A stretch of DNA of 32,000 bases, taken from NCBI GenBank assembly GCA_963704755.1, contig OY969938.1, forward strand, positions 4,080,001 through 4,112,000, in the 5' to 3' direction. The notes under the pieces were generated by a model. It made no database searches and was not told the origin of the DNA. It was given only the letters and a program-made list of their open reading frames with translations. This DNA is from an uncultured Chloroflexia bacterium. Lineage in GTDB: Bacteria > Chloroflexota > Anaerolineae > Anaerolineales > Anaerolineaceae. A program made the translations under genes and the position numbers. Below are positions 9,408-17,011 of this stretch, in pieces (position 1 is the stretch's first letter; each line of letters begins with the position of its first letter).

Positions 9408-9428
9408 TTACGACATAAAGTGTCGTAA
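9408..9428. promoter_or_regulatory. Candidate operator in the divergent WYL-regulator / hydrolase promoter region
   Basis: 8-bp inverted repeat TTACGACA-taaag-TGTCGTAA, plus direct repeats TCGTAATT at 9401 and 9423. It lies between the start codons at 9388 (-) and 9475 (+). Confidence 0.3.
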
Positions 9429-9474
9429 TTCAAGTGTACAATTTGATTATCATTATGTAAAGGAGGTGATTTGA

Positions 9475-10347
9475 GTGGCTGAAAATAAAAATGTACCGGT
9501 CTTCATCCACAAGAGCGTCGTTGCCAAAGGTATTCCCATTCATGTTGTCGAAGCTGGCCAGGCAACGGAACCGGCAATCCTTTTTATTCATGGCTGGCCG
9601 ACAAATTGGCGGGAATTTTCACCTGTTATGCAGATGCTTTCCGATGAGTATCACGTAATTGCCGTTGATATCCCCGGCATCGGAGAATCAAAGGTCCCGG
9701 TTCAGTCCTATAGCAAGCAAAATATCGCAATCTATATCCTTGCGTTGATCGAGGCGATGAATTTAAGGGATGTCACCCTTGTTGGCTGCGATTGTGGCGG
9801 ACAAATCGTTTATGCCTGTTTAAAAATATCTCCAGACTGCGTTTCCCATGCCGTTATTATGAATGTTGTGATCCCAGGAGTAGAGCCGTGGAACGAGGTG
9901 AAGAACAATCCATACATATGGCATTTCAAATTCCATTTAGTGCCCGAATTACCTGAAAAACTGGTTTCTGGAAGAGAGCTTGAGTATTTTTCATATTTCT
10001 ATAATGTTCTGGCAGGTAAAGGAAATCGAATATCTGACGAGTATAGAGCCTGGTTTTCTCGAGCATACTCGAATTTGGACGCCTTGAAAGCCGGATTCGA
10101 TCTATATCGGTGTTTTCAAACAGACGAAAATGACAATATACAATTAAAAAACGTGCCTGTTCCAATGCCCGTTCTCTACCTGCGTGGAGGAGATGAGCCT
10201 GTTAATATTGAAACCTATGAGGAAGGCTTTAAGGAAAATGGCATCGAAAATATAGAAACAGCAATTATTGAGCATTGTGGACATTTTTCGGCCATAGAAC
10301 AGCCTGAAGAAGTCGCTTTAATGATCCGTAAATTTATAAAAAGGTAA
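9475..10347 (+). CDS. Alpha/beta-fold hydrolase (epoxide hydrolase / haloalkane dehalogenase-like)
   Basis: GTG start 8 nt after AGGAGGTGA. HGWP oxyanion motif (LFIHGWPTNW), nucleophile elbow GCDCGG, C-terminal HCGHF. The stop codon TAA (10345-10347) is supplied by the terminus of MITE copy c. Confidence 0.85.
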   Translation: MAENKNVPVFIHKSVVAKGIPIHVVEAGQATEPAILFIHGWPTNWREFSPVMQMLSDEYHVIAVDIPGIGESKVPVQSYSKQNIAIYILALIEAMNLRDVTLVGCDCGGQIVYACLKISPDCVSHAVIMNVVIPGVEPWNEVKNNPYIWHFKFHLVPELPEKLVSGRELEYFSYFYNVLAGKGNRISDEYRAWFSRAYSNLDALKAGFDLYRCFQTDENDNIQLKNVPVPMPVLYLRGGDEPVNIETYEEGFKENGIENIETAIIEHCGHFSAIEQPEEVALMIRKFIKR

Positions 10348-10454
10348 CTGCACAGCCCAGAGGGAAGAAACCCGAATTTGAGGTGTATTCGTGGGCTTCG
10401 CCCACGAATACACCTCAAATTCGGGGACTTTTTCACAGGGTCCTGAGTAGTTAC
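10344..10454. mobile_element. MITE-like nested-palindrome element, copy c (111 bp)
   Basis: Termini GTAACTGCACAGCC / CCTGAGTAGTTAC. Perfect 26-bp stem 10371-10396 / 10400-10425 with loop TTC. Perfect 8-bp direct repeats ATAAAAAG at 10336-10343 and 10455-10462. Confidence 0.9.
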
Positions 10455-10479
10455 ATAAAAAGTAAATAAGGAGACGAAT

Positions 10480-10983
10480 ATGAAAATCACATCTGCTCCA
10501 TTACCCCATGGCAAACAAACCGTTACCCCCTACATCATCATCAAAGACGCGGCGCAGTTCATTGACTTCCTGAAACGCGCATTTGACGCATTTGAATTTG
10601 GCCGTGTAGAAAATTCTGACGGCAGTATTGGTCACGCTGAGGTGCGGGTTGGCAGTTCCACCCTCATGATCGCAGATGGCAAGAAAGAATGGCGCGACAC
10701 GCCTGTTTTCTTGAGCATTTATGTAGACGATGCCGATGAGGTTTTTGCACAAGCGCTTAAAGCCGGCGCTGCCCAGGTGACTGAAATGACCACCTTCAAC
10801 ATCCTCGGAGACCGAACCGGGCGAATACGTGACCCGTTTGGCAACATTTGGTGGATTCAAACTCATCTTCGGGATGTATCTCCTGAAGAGACGATGGAAT
10901 TATTCCAAAATTCTGCCGAGATGGCTGTCATGACGAAAATGCAGGATACCTTCACCCAAGAAATGGACCGGTGGTTGCTATAA
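10480..10983 (+). CDS. VOC (glyoxalase/bleomycin-resistance/PhnB-like) family protein
   Basis: SD AAGGAGA lies 6 nt before the ATG. ..VTPYIIIKDAAQFIDFLKRAF...GHAEVRVGSSTLMIADG...DPFGNIWWI is typical of the PhnB-like VOC fold. Confidence 0.75.
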   Translation: MKITSAPLPHGKQTVTPYIIIKDAAQFIDFLKRAFDAFEFGRVENSDGSIGHAEVRVGSSTLMIADGKKEWRDTPVFLSIYVDDADEVFAQALKAGAAQVTEMTTFNILGDRTGRIRDPFGNIWWIQTHLRDVSPEETMELFQNSAEMAVMTKMQDTFTQEMDRWLL

Positions 10984-11145
10984 AATGTGGTTCGCCGCAT
11001 TTATATAACACGAATTTTCAATCGGACCTGGAGATGAGAGATGGGCGACAGAAACGCGCGTCGATCACCCATTTTTAGGATCGGTTGACCAAATTTCAGA
11101 ATCCAGCTTTGAAGGGTGGTCATACGCGAAATGTATTCTTTCCTG

Positions 11146-11255
11146 GTAACTGCTCAGACTGGTTAAGAAGTTGAGAGTGTTTTAAAGATTTTCGTGTGCG
11201 AAGCACACGAAAATCTTTAAAACACTCTCTTTCAATCGGATAGCTGAGTAGTAAC
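11146..11255. mobile_element. MITE-like nested-palindrome element, copy d (110 bp)
   Basis: Termini GTAACTGCTCAGAC / AGCTGAGTAGTAAC. Perfect 26-bp stem 11173-11198 / 11204-11229 with loop CGAAG. Flanking 8-mers CTTTCCTG (11138-11145) and CTATCCTG (11256-11263) match 7/8. Confidence 0.85.
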
Positions 11256-11407
11256 CTATCCTGTTCTTCCTTTGGATTTGTTCTCTGTTTGAGCCAGAAA
11301 AGGTAAAGGGATTTCCTGGATGAGCGCCGCTAATCCAATTCGGACCGGCGGTGCTTGCATTTAATACCACGTTGCAGTGTAAAATAGACGGGTTGAAGAG
11401 GTAATTC

Positions 11408-13294
11408 ATGAACATTCAAGGACCCTGGTTCAAAGACGATCAAGGCCGCACCTTGCTGCTGCGGGGTGTGAACCTGGGTGGCTCAAGCAAGATACCGGTC
11501 GTGCCGGATGGTGCTACTTACCAATCCGCGGGATTTTTCAATCACCGCCAGGTTTCGTTTGTCGGCCGGCCCTTCCCGCTGGCCGAAGCGGACGAACATT
11601 TCCGCAGGTTGAAATCCTGGGGGATGACTTTTTTGCGTTTTCTGGTCACCTGGGAGGCGATCGAACACGCCGGCCCGGGCCAGTACGATATGGAATACCT
11701 GGATTACGTTCACGCCATTTTGCGCAAGGCCAACGATTATGGCATTCAGGTATTTATCGACCCGCACCAGGACGTGTGGAGCCGTTTTTCGGGCGGCGAT
11801 GGGGCCCCGGGTTGGACGCTCGAGGCAGCCGGGTTCGATCTGCAACGTTTGAGCGAAACCGGCGCGGCGATTGTCCACCAGGTGCACGGCGATCCCTTCC
11901 CGCGTATGATCTGGCCGTCCAACAGCGCCAAGCTGGCCTCGTCGACCATGTTTACCCTGTTTTTTGCCGGCAATGATTTTGCCCCTGGGCGTACGCCGAT
12001 CGGCGTGCCGGGTGAATCGATCCAGGATTATCTCCAGCGCCATTACGTCCGGGCCATCCAGGTGCTGGCTGAACGCCTGAGTGACCTGCCCAACGTGATC
12101 GGCTACGATACGCTCAACGAGCCCCTGCCGGGTTATATCGGCTGGAAGGACGCCGCCAGGCGCGACGGGGTGCTGCAAACCGGCCCCAGCCCTACGCCTT
12201 ACCAATCCATGCTCCTGGGCAGCGGTTACCCACAGGTGGTGGATGTGATGGAGCGGCAGGTGTTTGGCATCCGCCGGGTGGGCCGTAAGCTGCTCAACCC
12301 GGGCGGGTTGAGCGCCTGGCAGGCGGGCAGTGCGTGTCCCTGGCGCGAGCAGGGCATCTGGGAAGTGGACAGCAGCGGAAAACCGTATTTAATCAAGCCG
12401 GAATATTTCAGGCGCATCGCCGGGCACGAAGTGAATTTCGAGAACGATTATTTGCGTCCATTTACCACCAAAGTAGCCGAGGCGGTCCATGCCATCCGGC
12501 CCGAAGCGCTGATTTTCCTGGAGGGGGAGGCCTTTCACGAACCCCCTTGTTGGGATCGCGAACAACGAGCACAAGTAGTGTTTACCCCGCACTGGTACGA
12601 TGCATACGTATTGTTTTTCAAGGCCTTCAGCCCCTGGCTGGGAGTGGATGTTCGTGGTGGTGGAAAACTGGTAGCCGGAGAGCAGGCCATCCGGCGTTCT
12701 TTCGCGTCCCAAATTGGCACGTTTAAGGAAATGTCGCGCAAATGCCTGGGGAACGCCCCGGTCTTTCTGGGAGAGTTTGGAACGCCCTTTGACCTGGATC
12801 ACAAACACGCTTACCACAATGGCGATTTCAGCCGCCAGGCGCAGGCTTTGAACCGTACTTTTCGGGCCTTGGAAGATAATCTGGTCAGCTACACCATCTG
12901 GAATTACAACCCCGATAACAACAACCGCCGCGGTGACCTGTGGAATGACGAGGACCTGTCGATCTTCAGCCGCGATCAGCAGCACGACCAGGGCAACATC
13001 AACTCAGGCGGCCGCGCACTGCAAAGCATCCTGCGGCCTTTCCCGCGCAGCACGGCCGGGGAGCCGCTCTTCCTGGAATTCGATTATCGCACAGGGCGAA
13101 TGGAATACCGTTTCCGGCACGCTCCGGCGATCGATGCACCCACCGAGTTCTATCTGCCGGCCCTGCAATATCCGCGTGGCTGCCGGGTGACGGTCAGCGA
13201 TGGGGATTATCGCCTGGACCTGGCCAATCAAACCATGACGTATCGTCATACTGACCGTTTGGCCGAGCATAAGATCGTTTTGCAAAGAATTTAG
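11408..13294 (+). CDS. Glycoside hydrolase family 5 protein (endoglycoceramidase/cellulase-like)
   Basis: 628 aa. LRGVNLGG.., FLRFLVTWEAIEH, VFIDPHQDVWSRFSGGDGAPGW, and the catalytic-acid motif GYDTLNEP. Confidence 0.8.
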   Translation: MNIQGPWFKDDQGRTLLLRGVNLGGSSKIPVVPDGATYQSAGFFNHRQVSFVGRPFPLAEADEHFRRLKSWGMTFLRFLVTWEAIEHAGPGQYDMEYLDYVHAILRKANDYGIQVFIDPHQDVWSRFSGGDGAPGWTLEAAGFDLQRLSETGAAIVHQVHGDPFPRMIWPSNSAKLASSTMFTLFFAGNDFAPGRTPIGVPGESIQDYLQRHYVRAIQVLAERLSDLPNVIGYDTLNEPLPGYIGWKDAARRDGVLQTGPSPTPYQSMLLGSGYPQVVDVMERQVFGIRRVGRKLLNPGGLSAWQAGSACPWREQGIWEVDSSGKPYLIKPEYFRRIAGHEVNFENDYLRPFTTKVAEAVHAIRPEALIFLEGEAFHEPPCWDREQRAQVVFTPHWYDAYVLFFKAFSPWLGVDVRGGGKLVAGEQAIRRSFASQIGTFKEMSRKCLGNAPVFLGEFGTPFDLDHKHAYHNGDFSRQAQALNRTFRALEDNLVSYTIWNYNPDNNNRRGDLWNDEDLSIFSRDQQHDQGNINSGGRALQSILRPFPRSTAGEPLFLEFDYRTGRMEYRFRHAPAIDAPTEFYLPALQYPRGCRVTVSDGDYRLDLANQTMTYRHTDRLAEHKIVLQRI

Positions 13295-13403
13295 GATCTA
13301 CTCAGCTGCTGGAAGAGAGAGGTGTGTTTCAATGTTTTTCGCGTGCGGAGCACACGAAAAACATTGAAACACACCTGATTTCCGTACTGGCCTGAGCCGG
13401 AAC
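13294..13403. mobile_element. MITE-like nested-palindrome element, copy e (about 110 bp, termini degenerate)
   Basis: Left arm GGATCTACTCAGC, right arm CCTGAGCCGGAAC. 26-bp stem 13320-13345 / 13351-13376 with one mismatch and loop CGGAG. Only a weak flanking repeat (GAATTTAG vs GAAATTTG). It starts at the last base of the GH5 stop codon. Confidence 0.7.
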
Positions 13404-13417
13404 CTTGAAATTTGGTA

Positions 13418-13446
13418 TTGTATTAGAACATGCGTTCCTGTATAAT
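13418..13446 (+). promoter_or_regulatory. Sigma-70-like promoter for the PP2C gene
   Basis: TTGTAT (13418-13423), 17-nt spacer, TATAAT (13441-13446). It lies just upstream of SD AAAGGAG and ATG 13468. Confidence 0.45.
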
Positions 13447-13467
13447 GTTTTCAAAAGGAGAGCTGCT

Positions 13468-14508
13468 ATGGATCCTTATGATTTTGACCAGATGAAAGCC
13501 AAATTAATGGAAAAACGGCAACAGGTTTCCGACTTCATCGAGACCACTCCCCCAGATCAAAAAGAAAAATTCCTTGGCCCGGCCAAAGATAATGCGTTGG
13601 AAACCCATTTGCAAGTGCTGGACGATGCCATCTATGAGGCGGAAGAGAAAACCCTGGGTTCCTGTGTGGTTTGCCAGGGTTTTATCGAGGAAGAACTGCT
13701 GGAGGCGGATTACACATCCCACGTTTGTTTGACCCACCTGTCCGAAGACGAGCAGCGCAGCCTGGAATATGAGCTGGAGCTTTCCCAGACTGTTCAAAAG
13801 GCTTTCCTGCCGCAGCAGGCCCCGGCTTTCCCAGGCCTGGAGGTGGCCGTGTTCAACCAGCCGGCCCAAATCGTCAGCGGCGATTTTTACGATTTCTTCC
13901 AATTCGGCGATGATTCGTTTGGACTGGCCATCGCGGACGTGGCCGGCCATGGGGTATCCTCTGGTTTAATCGTGGCCAGCCTGCAAACGGCGCTGCGCAC
14001 CCTGGCCCCAATGTACACTGATCCTGCCGCCCTGGTGGACCACCTCAACCGCTTTTTCATTCACAACCTCAATTTCACTACCTTCGTGACCCTGTTTGTT
14101 GGGCGGCTGGTACTGGCGCAGAACCAGTTGGCGTTTACCAATGCCGGCCATAACCCGCCCTTACTGCACCGGGCGCACCTCACAACAGGCGATCACCTGA
14201 CCTGGTTAAATCCCACCGGGCCGGCGATTGGCCTGGTAGAGAATGCCCAATATCGCTCAGGGTCGGTAGAAATCTCGGCCGGGGATTTGCTTATCCTGTA
14301 TACCGATGGGGTCACCGAGACCACCAACCCTGCGCTGGAATTGTTCGGCCAGGATCGTCTCGCACAGGTCATTTGCCGGCAGGCGGGTTTACCGGTCCGT
14401 GAGCTGGTGCAAACGATCCGCAGTGAATTATTTACCTTTAGCGGCGAGAGTCCATTGGCCGACGACACGACCATCGTGGTCAACCGGTTCTCGACGGAGA
14501 GGGTCTAA
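13468..14508 (+). CDS. PP2C/SpoIIE-family serine phosphatase with N-terminal DksA/TraR-type zinc-finger module
   Basis: ATG 13468 follows AAAGGAG. N-terminus is coiled-coil-like and carries C66-x2-C69-x17-C87-x2-H90. The C-terminal PP2C domain has SGDFYDFF, LAIADVAGHGVSSG, TNAGHNPPLL and LILYTDGVTE. Confidence 0.8.
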   Translation: MDPYDFDQMKAKLMEKRQQVSDFIETTPPDQKEKFLGPAKDNALETHLQVLDDAIYEAEEKTLGSCVVCQGFIEEELLEADYTSHVCLTHLSEDEQRSLEYELELSQTVQKAFLPQQAPAFPGLEVAVFNQPAQIVSGDFYDFFQFGDDSFGLAIADVAGHGVSSGLIVASLQTALRTLAPMYTDPAALVDHLNRFFIHNLNFTTFVTLFVGRLVLAQNQLAFTNAGHNPPLLHRAHLTTGDHLTWLNPTGPAIGLVENAQYRSGSVEISAGDLLILYTDGVTETTNPALELFGQDRLAQVICRQAGLPVRELVQTIRSELFTFSGESPLADDTTIVVNRFSTERV

Positions 14509-14540
14509 AAGTTTTCGTCAGCCGCCTCCGTAGCATCATC

Positions 14541-14664
14541 CCGGTAAGCGCAAAGAATCCCCCCAGCCCCCCTTACGGAAAGGGGGTAAGAAAGCACAAC
14601 TCGATGGGGGGAGTTGCCCTTTGCCCCCCTTTTAAAAGGGGGACTGGGGGGATTCTTGAACCGG
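14541..14664. repeat. Complex nested palindrome rich in C6/G6 homopolymer runs
   Basis: Outer arms AAGAATCCCCCCAGCCCCCC (14553-14572) and GGGGGACTGGGGGGATTCTT (14638-14657) pair 19/20. Two inner hairpins share the same stem: CCCCCTT-ACGGA-AAGGGGG and CCCCCTTTTAAAAGGGGG. It lies between convergent genes. Confidence 0.7.
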
Positions 14665-14789
14665 CCTGGAAACCCGCCAACTGGATGACGTACTTTTTTT
14701 TTGTGACCACCCAGGCTTCCGTTAAAAGAACTCCGGCATAGAGGTATTACTTTCCAGGCAGTCCAGTTACTATATTTTAGGACCGGCGA

Positions 14790-15425
14790 TTAGATCACCC
14801 TGAGGGCTCCTTGCCAGGGGTGCTCCAACCCGGATTGCATGCCGACCCACACCAGAGCCAGCCCTTCGAGCTGGCGGGCGCGTTTCAGCGAGCCGGCATC
14901 GATCGCGTGCATCCCGCCGGACTCGATCAGGCGGGCCAGGCTGGCTTTGGCGCCAGCATCATCACCGGCCAGGAAGATATCGACCTTTTCGCCGCCCACC
15001 TGCCTGGCCGCAAGAGTGGCGGCAAAGATGGTGTTGAAGGCCTTGATCACATTTGCTTCCGGCACAACTTTTGCGATTTCTTCAGCGGCGGAAGTATTGA
15101 CGAACTTCAGGTCAGCCATAACCGAGGTAAACAAGTTGCTCAGATCGACCAGAATTTTTCCGCTCAATTGGCTTTGGTGAGCCTGAACGGTTTCTTTCAC
15201 CGCCGGAAAAGGGATGCTGCTGATAACGATCTCATCCTGAAGGGGATCGCCTAATTTATTGATTTTCAACGCGGCGTCATTTTTGGTTTGGGCCGCGAAC
15301 TGGCCGGTCAACTCGGGCGCTTTTTCCGCGGTGCGGGTAAACAGGGTGACGGTGTTGCCGCCTGCGAGAAAACGTGCGACCAACCCCTTGGCCATATTGC
15401 CGATTCCGAGTATGGATACGTTCAT
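14790..15425 (-). CDS. npdG: NADPH-dependent F420 reductase-like (F420_oxidored family NADP oxidoreductase)
   Basis: N-terminal Rossmann motif VSILGIGNMAKGL. Length of about 210 aa and the central/C-terminal pattern (..IKAFNT.., ..FLAGDDAGAK..) are typical of the family. cofD/cofC lie nearby. Confidence 0.65.
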   Translation of the reverse strand: MNVSILGIGNMAKGLVARFLAGGNTVTLFTRTAEKAPELTGQFAAQTKNDAALKINKLGDPLQDEIVISSIPFPAVKETVQAHQSQLSGKILVDLSNLFTSVMADLKFVNTSAAEEIAKVVPEANVIKAFNTIFAATLAARQVGGEKVDIFLAGDDAGAKASLARLIESGGMHAIDAGSLKRARQLEGLALVWVGMQSGLEHPWQGALRVI

Positions 15426-15814
15426 GATGTACTCCTGTGTTTGTGTCCAGTAATGTTATGGGCTGAAATTGTTGGGCGAGGAGCTCGGCACAAGTGATGG
15501 TTGCCGGACTTCTTGTTACAACGTGTGTTTACTAGGCGTCAATTGTTGCTTTTGTATGGCGTAACCGTCCGGTGAAGAATATTCAATACTCGATAGTTCA
15601 ACATTGACGGAAAAGCAACAAAGATCGGTTTTTGTCGGTCATTCTTTTGGAGGATTTAAGAGTGATCTCGCCGGGCGGGGTAAATTCCGCCGGGAGCTTT
15701 GTTATATAATCAAAATACGCCGGCTAAAAATAGCCGGATTGGGAAAAATCCACAACTTTTTCAGGAATTGCTGGAAAACGATGGTTTCATATGGGCTAAA
15801 TTGGAGGTCGGAAA

Positions 15815-16918
15815 ATGCCTGCCGCTCAATTATTTCGCGCCGAGGACTTGAAGGATTACATCATTCGTTTCTTTACCCAATTGAACGTTCCAGAGGATCA
15901 CGCCCGTATCGCGGCTGAAATCCTGATTTCGGCCGACCTGCGCGGTGTCAGCTCGCACGGGATTATCCGCCTGAACACCTATTACGGCAGCCGCATTCTC
16001 AAAGGGCTAATCGATCCCTCTTCGCCGTTCCGCATCGAGCGCGAGACGCCGGCTACACTGCTGGTGGACGGGGGCAATGGACTGGGCATGGTGGTGGGGT
16101 ACAACGCTATGCTGCGCTGTATCGACAAGGCGCGCGAATCCGGGGTGGCCTTCGTGACCGCCCACAACAGCAACCACTTCAGCATCGCCGGCTATTACGC
16201 CATGATGGCCTTGCCGTACGATATGGTCGGGATGTGTTTTACCAACGCACAGCCCCTGGTTGCCCCCACTTATGGAAGGACAGCCCTGATCGGTACCAAC
16301 CCGATTTCTGTGGCAGCCCCGACATTAAGTGAGAAACCGTTCGTGTTGGATATGGCCACCAGTATTGTGCCGATCGGTAAAGTGACGGTCTATGATAAGG
16401 CCGGCGAGAAAATTCCGGAAGGCTGGGGGGTGGATAAGGACGGCAAGGTGACTACCGACCCGAAGGCGGTATTGCAAGGCGGCGCCCTAATGCCGCTGGG
16501 CGGCACCGACCTGATGCGTGGCTACAAGGGTTATGGGTTGGGCTTGATGGTCGACATCTTCTCCGGAGTGCTATCCGGGGCGGCTTTTGGTGCCCACGTG
16601 GGACGCAGCGGCCAGAATTTGCCGGCCAATGTAGGCCATTTTTTCGCGGCGGTGCGTATCGATGCCTTCCGCGACCCGCAGGCTTTCAAGGCCGATATGG
16701 ATGACATGATCCGTACCCTCAAAGAGGCGCCTAAGGCCGCCGGCCAGGAGCGTATCTATATCCATGGCGAGAAAGAGTTTGAGCTGGCCGAAAAATATAC
16801 TCGTGAGGGTGTGCCCCTGCTGACGGAAGTGGTCAAGGGATTGAAGGAGGCCGGCCAGACGGTTGGGGTACCTTTCGACCTGGAGGTGGTTGGCGAGGTT
16901 AGCGGCGAAGAGGGCTGA
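15815..16918 (+). CDS. Ldh2-family (malate/L-lactate/sulfolactate-type) dehydrogenase
   Basis: SD GGAGG lies 8 nt before the ATG. LRGVSSHGIIRLNTYY, AHNSNHFSIAGYY, TNPISVAAP and GYKGYGLGLMVDIFSG are characteristic of Pfam Ldh_2 proteins. Confidence 0.85.
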   Translation: MPAAQLFRAEDLKDYIIRFFTQLNVPEDHARIAAEILISADLRGVSSHGIIRLNTYYGSRILKGLIDPSSPFRIERETPATLLVDGGNGLGMVVGYNAMLRCIDKARESGVAFVTAHNSNHFSIAGYYAMMALPYDMVGMCFTNAQPLVAPTYGRTALIGTNPISVAAPTLSEKPFVLDMATSIVPIGKVTVYDKAGEKIPEGWGVDKDGKVTTDPKAVLQGGALMPLGGTDLMRGYKGYGLGLMVDIFSGVLSGAAFGAHVGRSGQNLPANVGHFFAAVRIDAFRDPQAFKADMDDMIRTLKEAPKAAGQERIYIHGEKEFELAEKYTREGVPLLTEVVKGLKEAGQTVGVPFDLEVVGEVSGEEG

Positions 16919-17011
16919 TGCAAGCGTGGGTTCCCGTCGGGTTTACTTCCGTTTTCCTTCCTCCGGCGTTACAATCCAGGCAAACCGACCCGGGAGGGAG
17001 TAGCAAACCCA

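Noticed and set aside
8103-11255. Integron attC sites / gene-cassette array, suggested by imperfect palindromes with AAC...GTT ends following single genes in the AT-rich island
   Set aside because: The termini do not fit RYYYAAC/GTTRRRY. Each copy is flanked by a target-site duplication, which attC recombination does not produce. Copies also follow core genes on both strands, and no intI or attI is present.
15604-15918. A 104-aa ORF upstream of and overlapping the Ldh2 gene start
   Set aside because: It has a TTG start without an SD, a basic low-complexity translation, and it overlaps the well-supported Ldh2 start (GGAGG-8-ATG). It is most likely non-coding.
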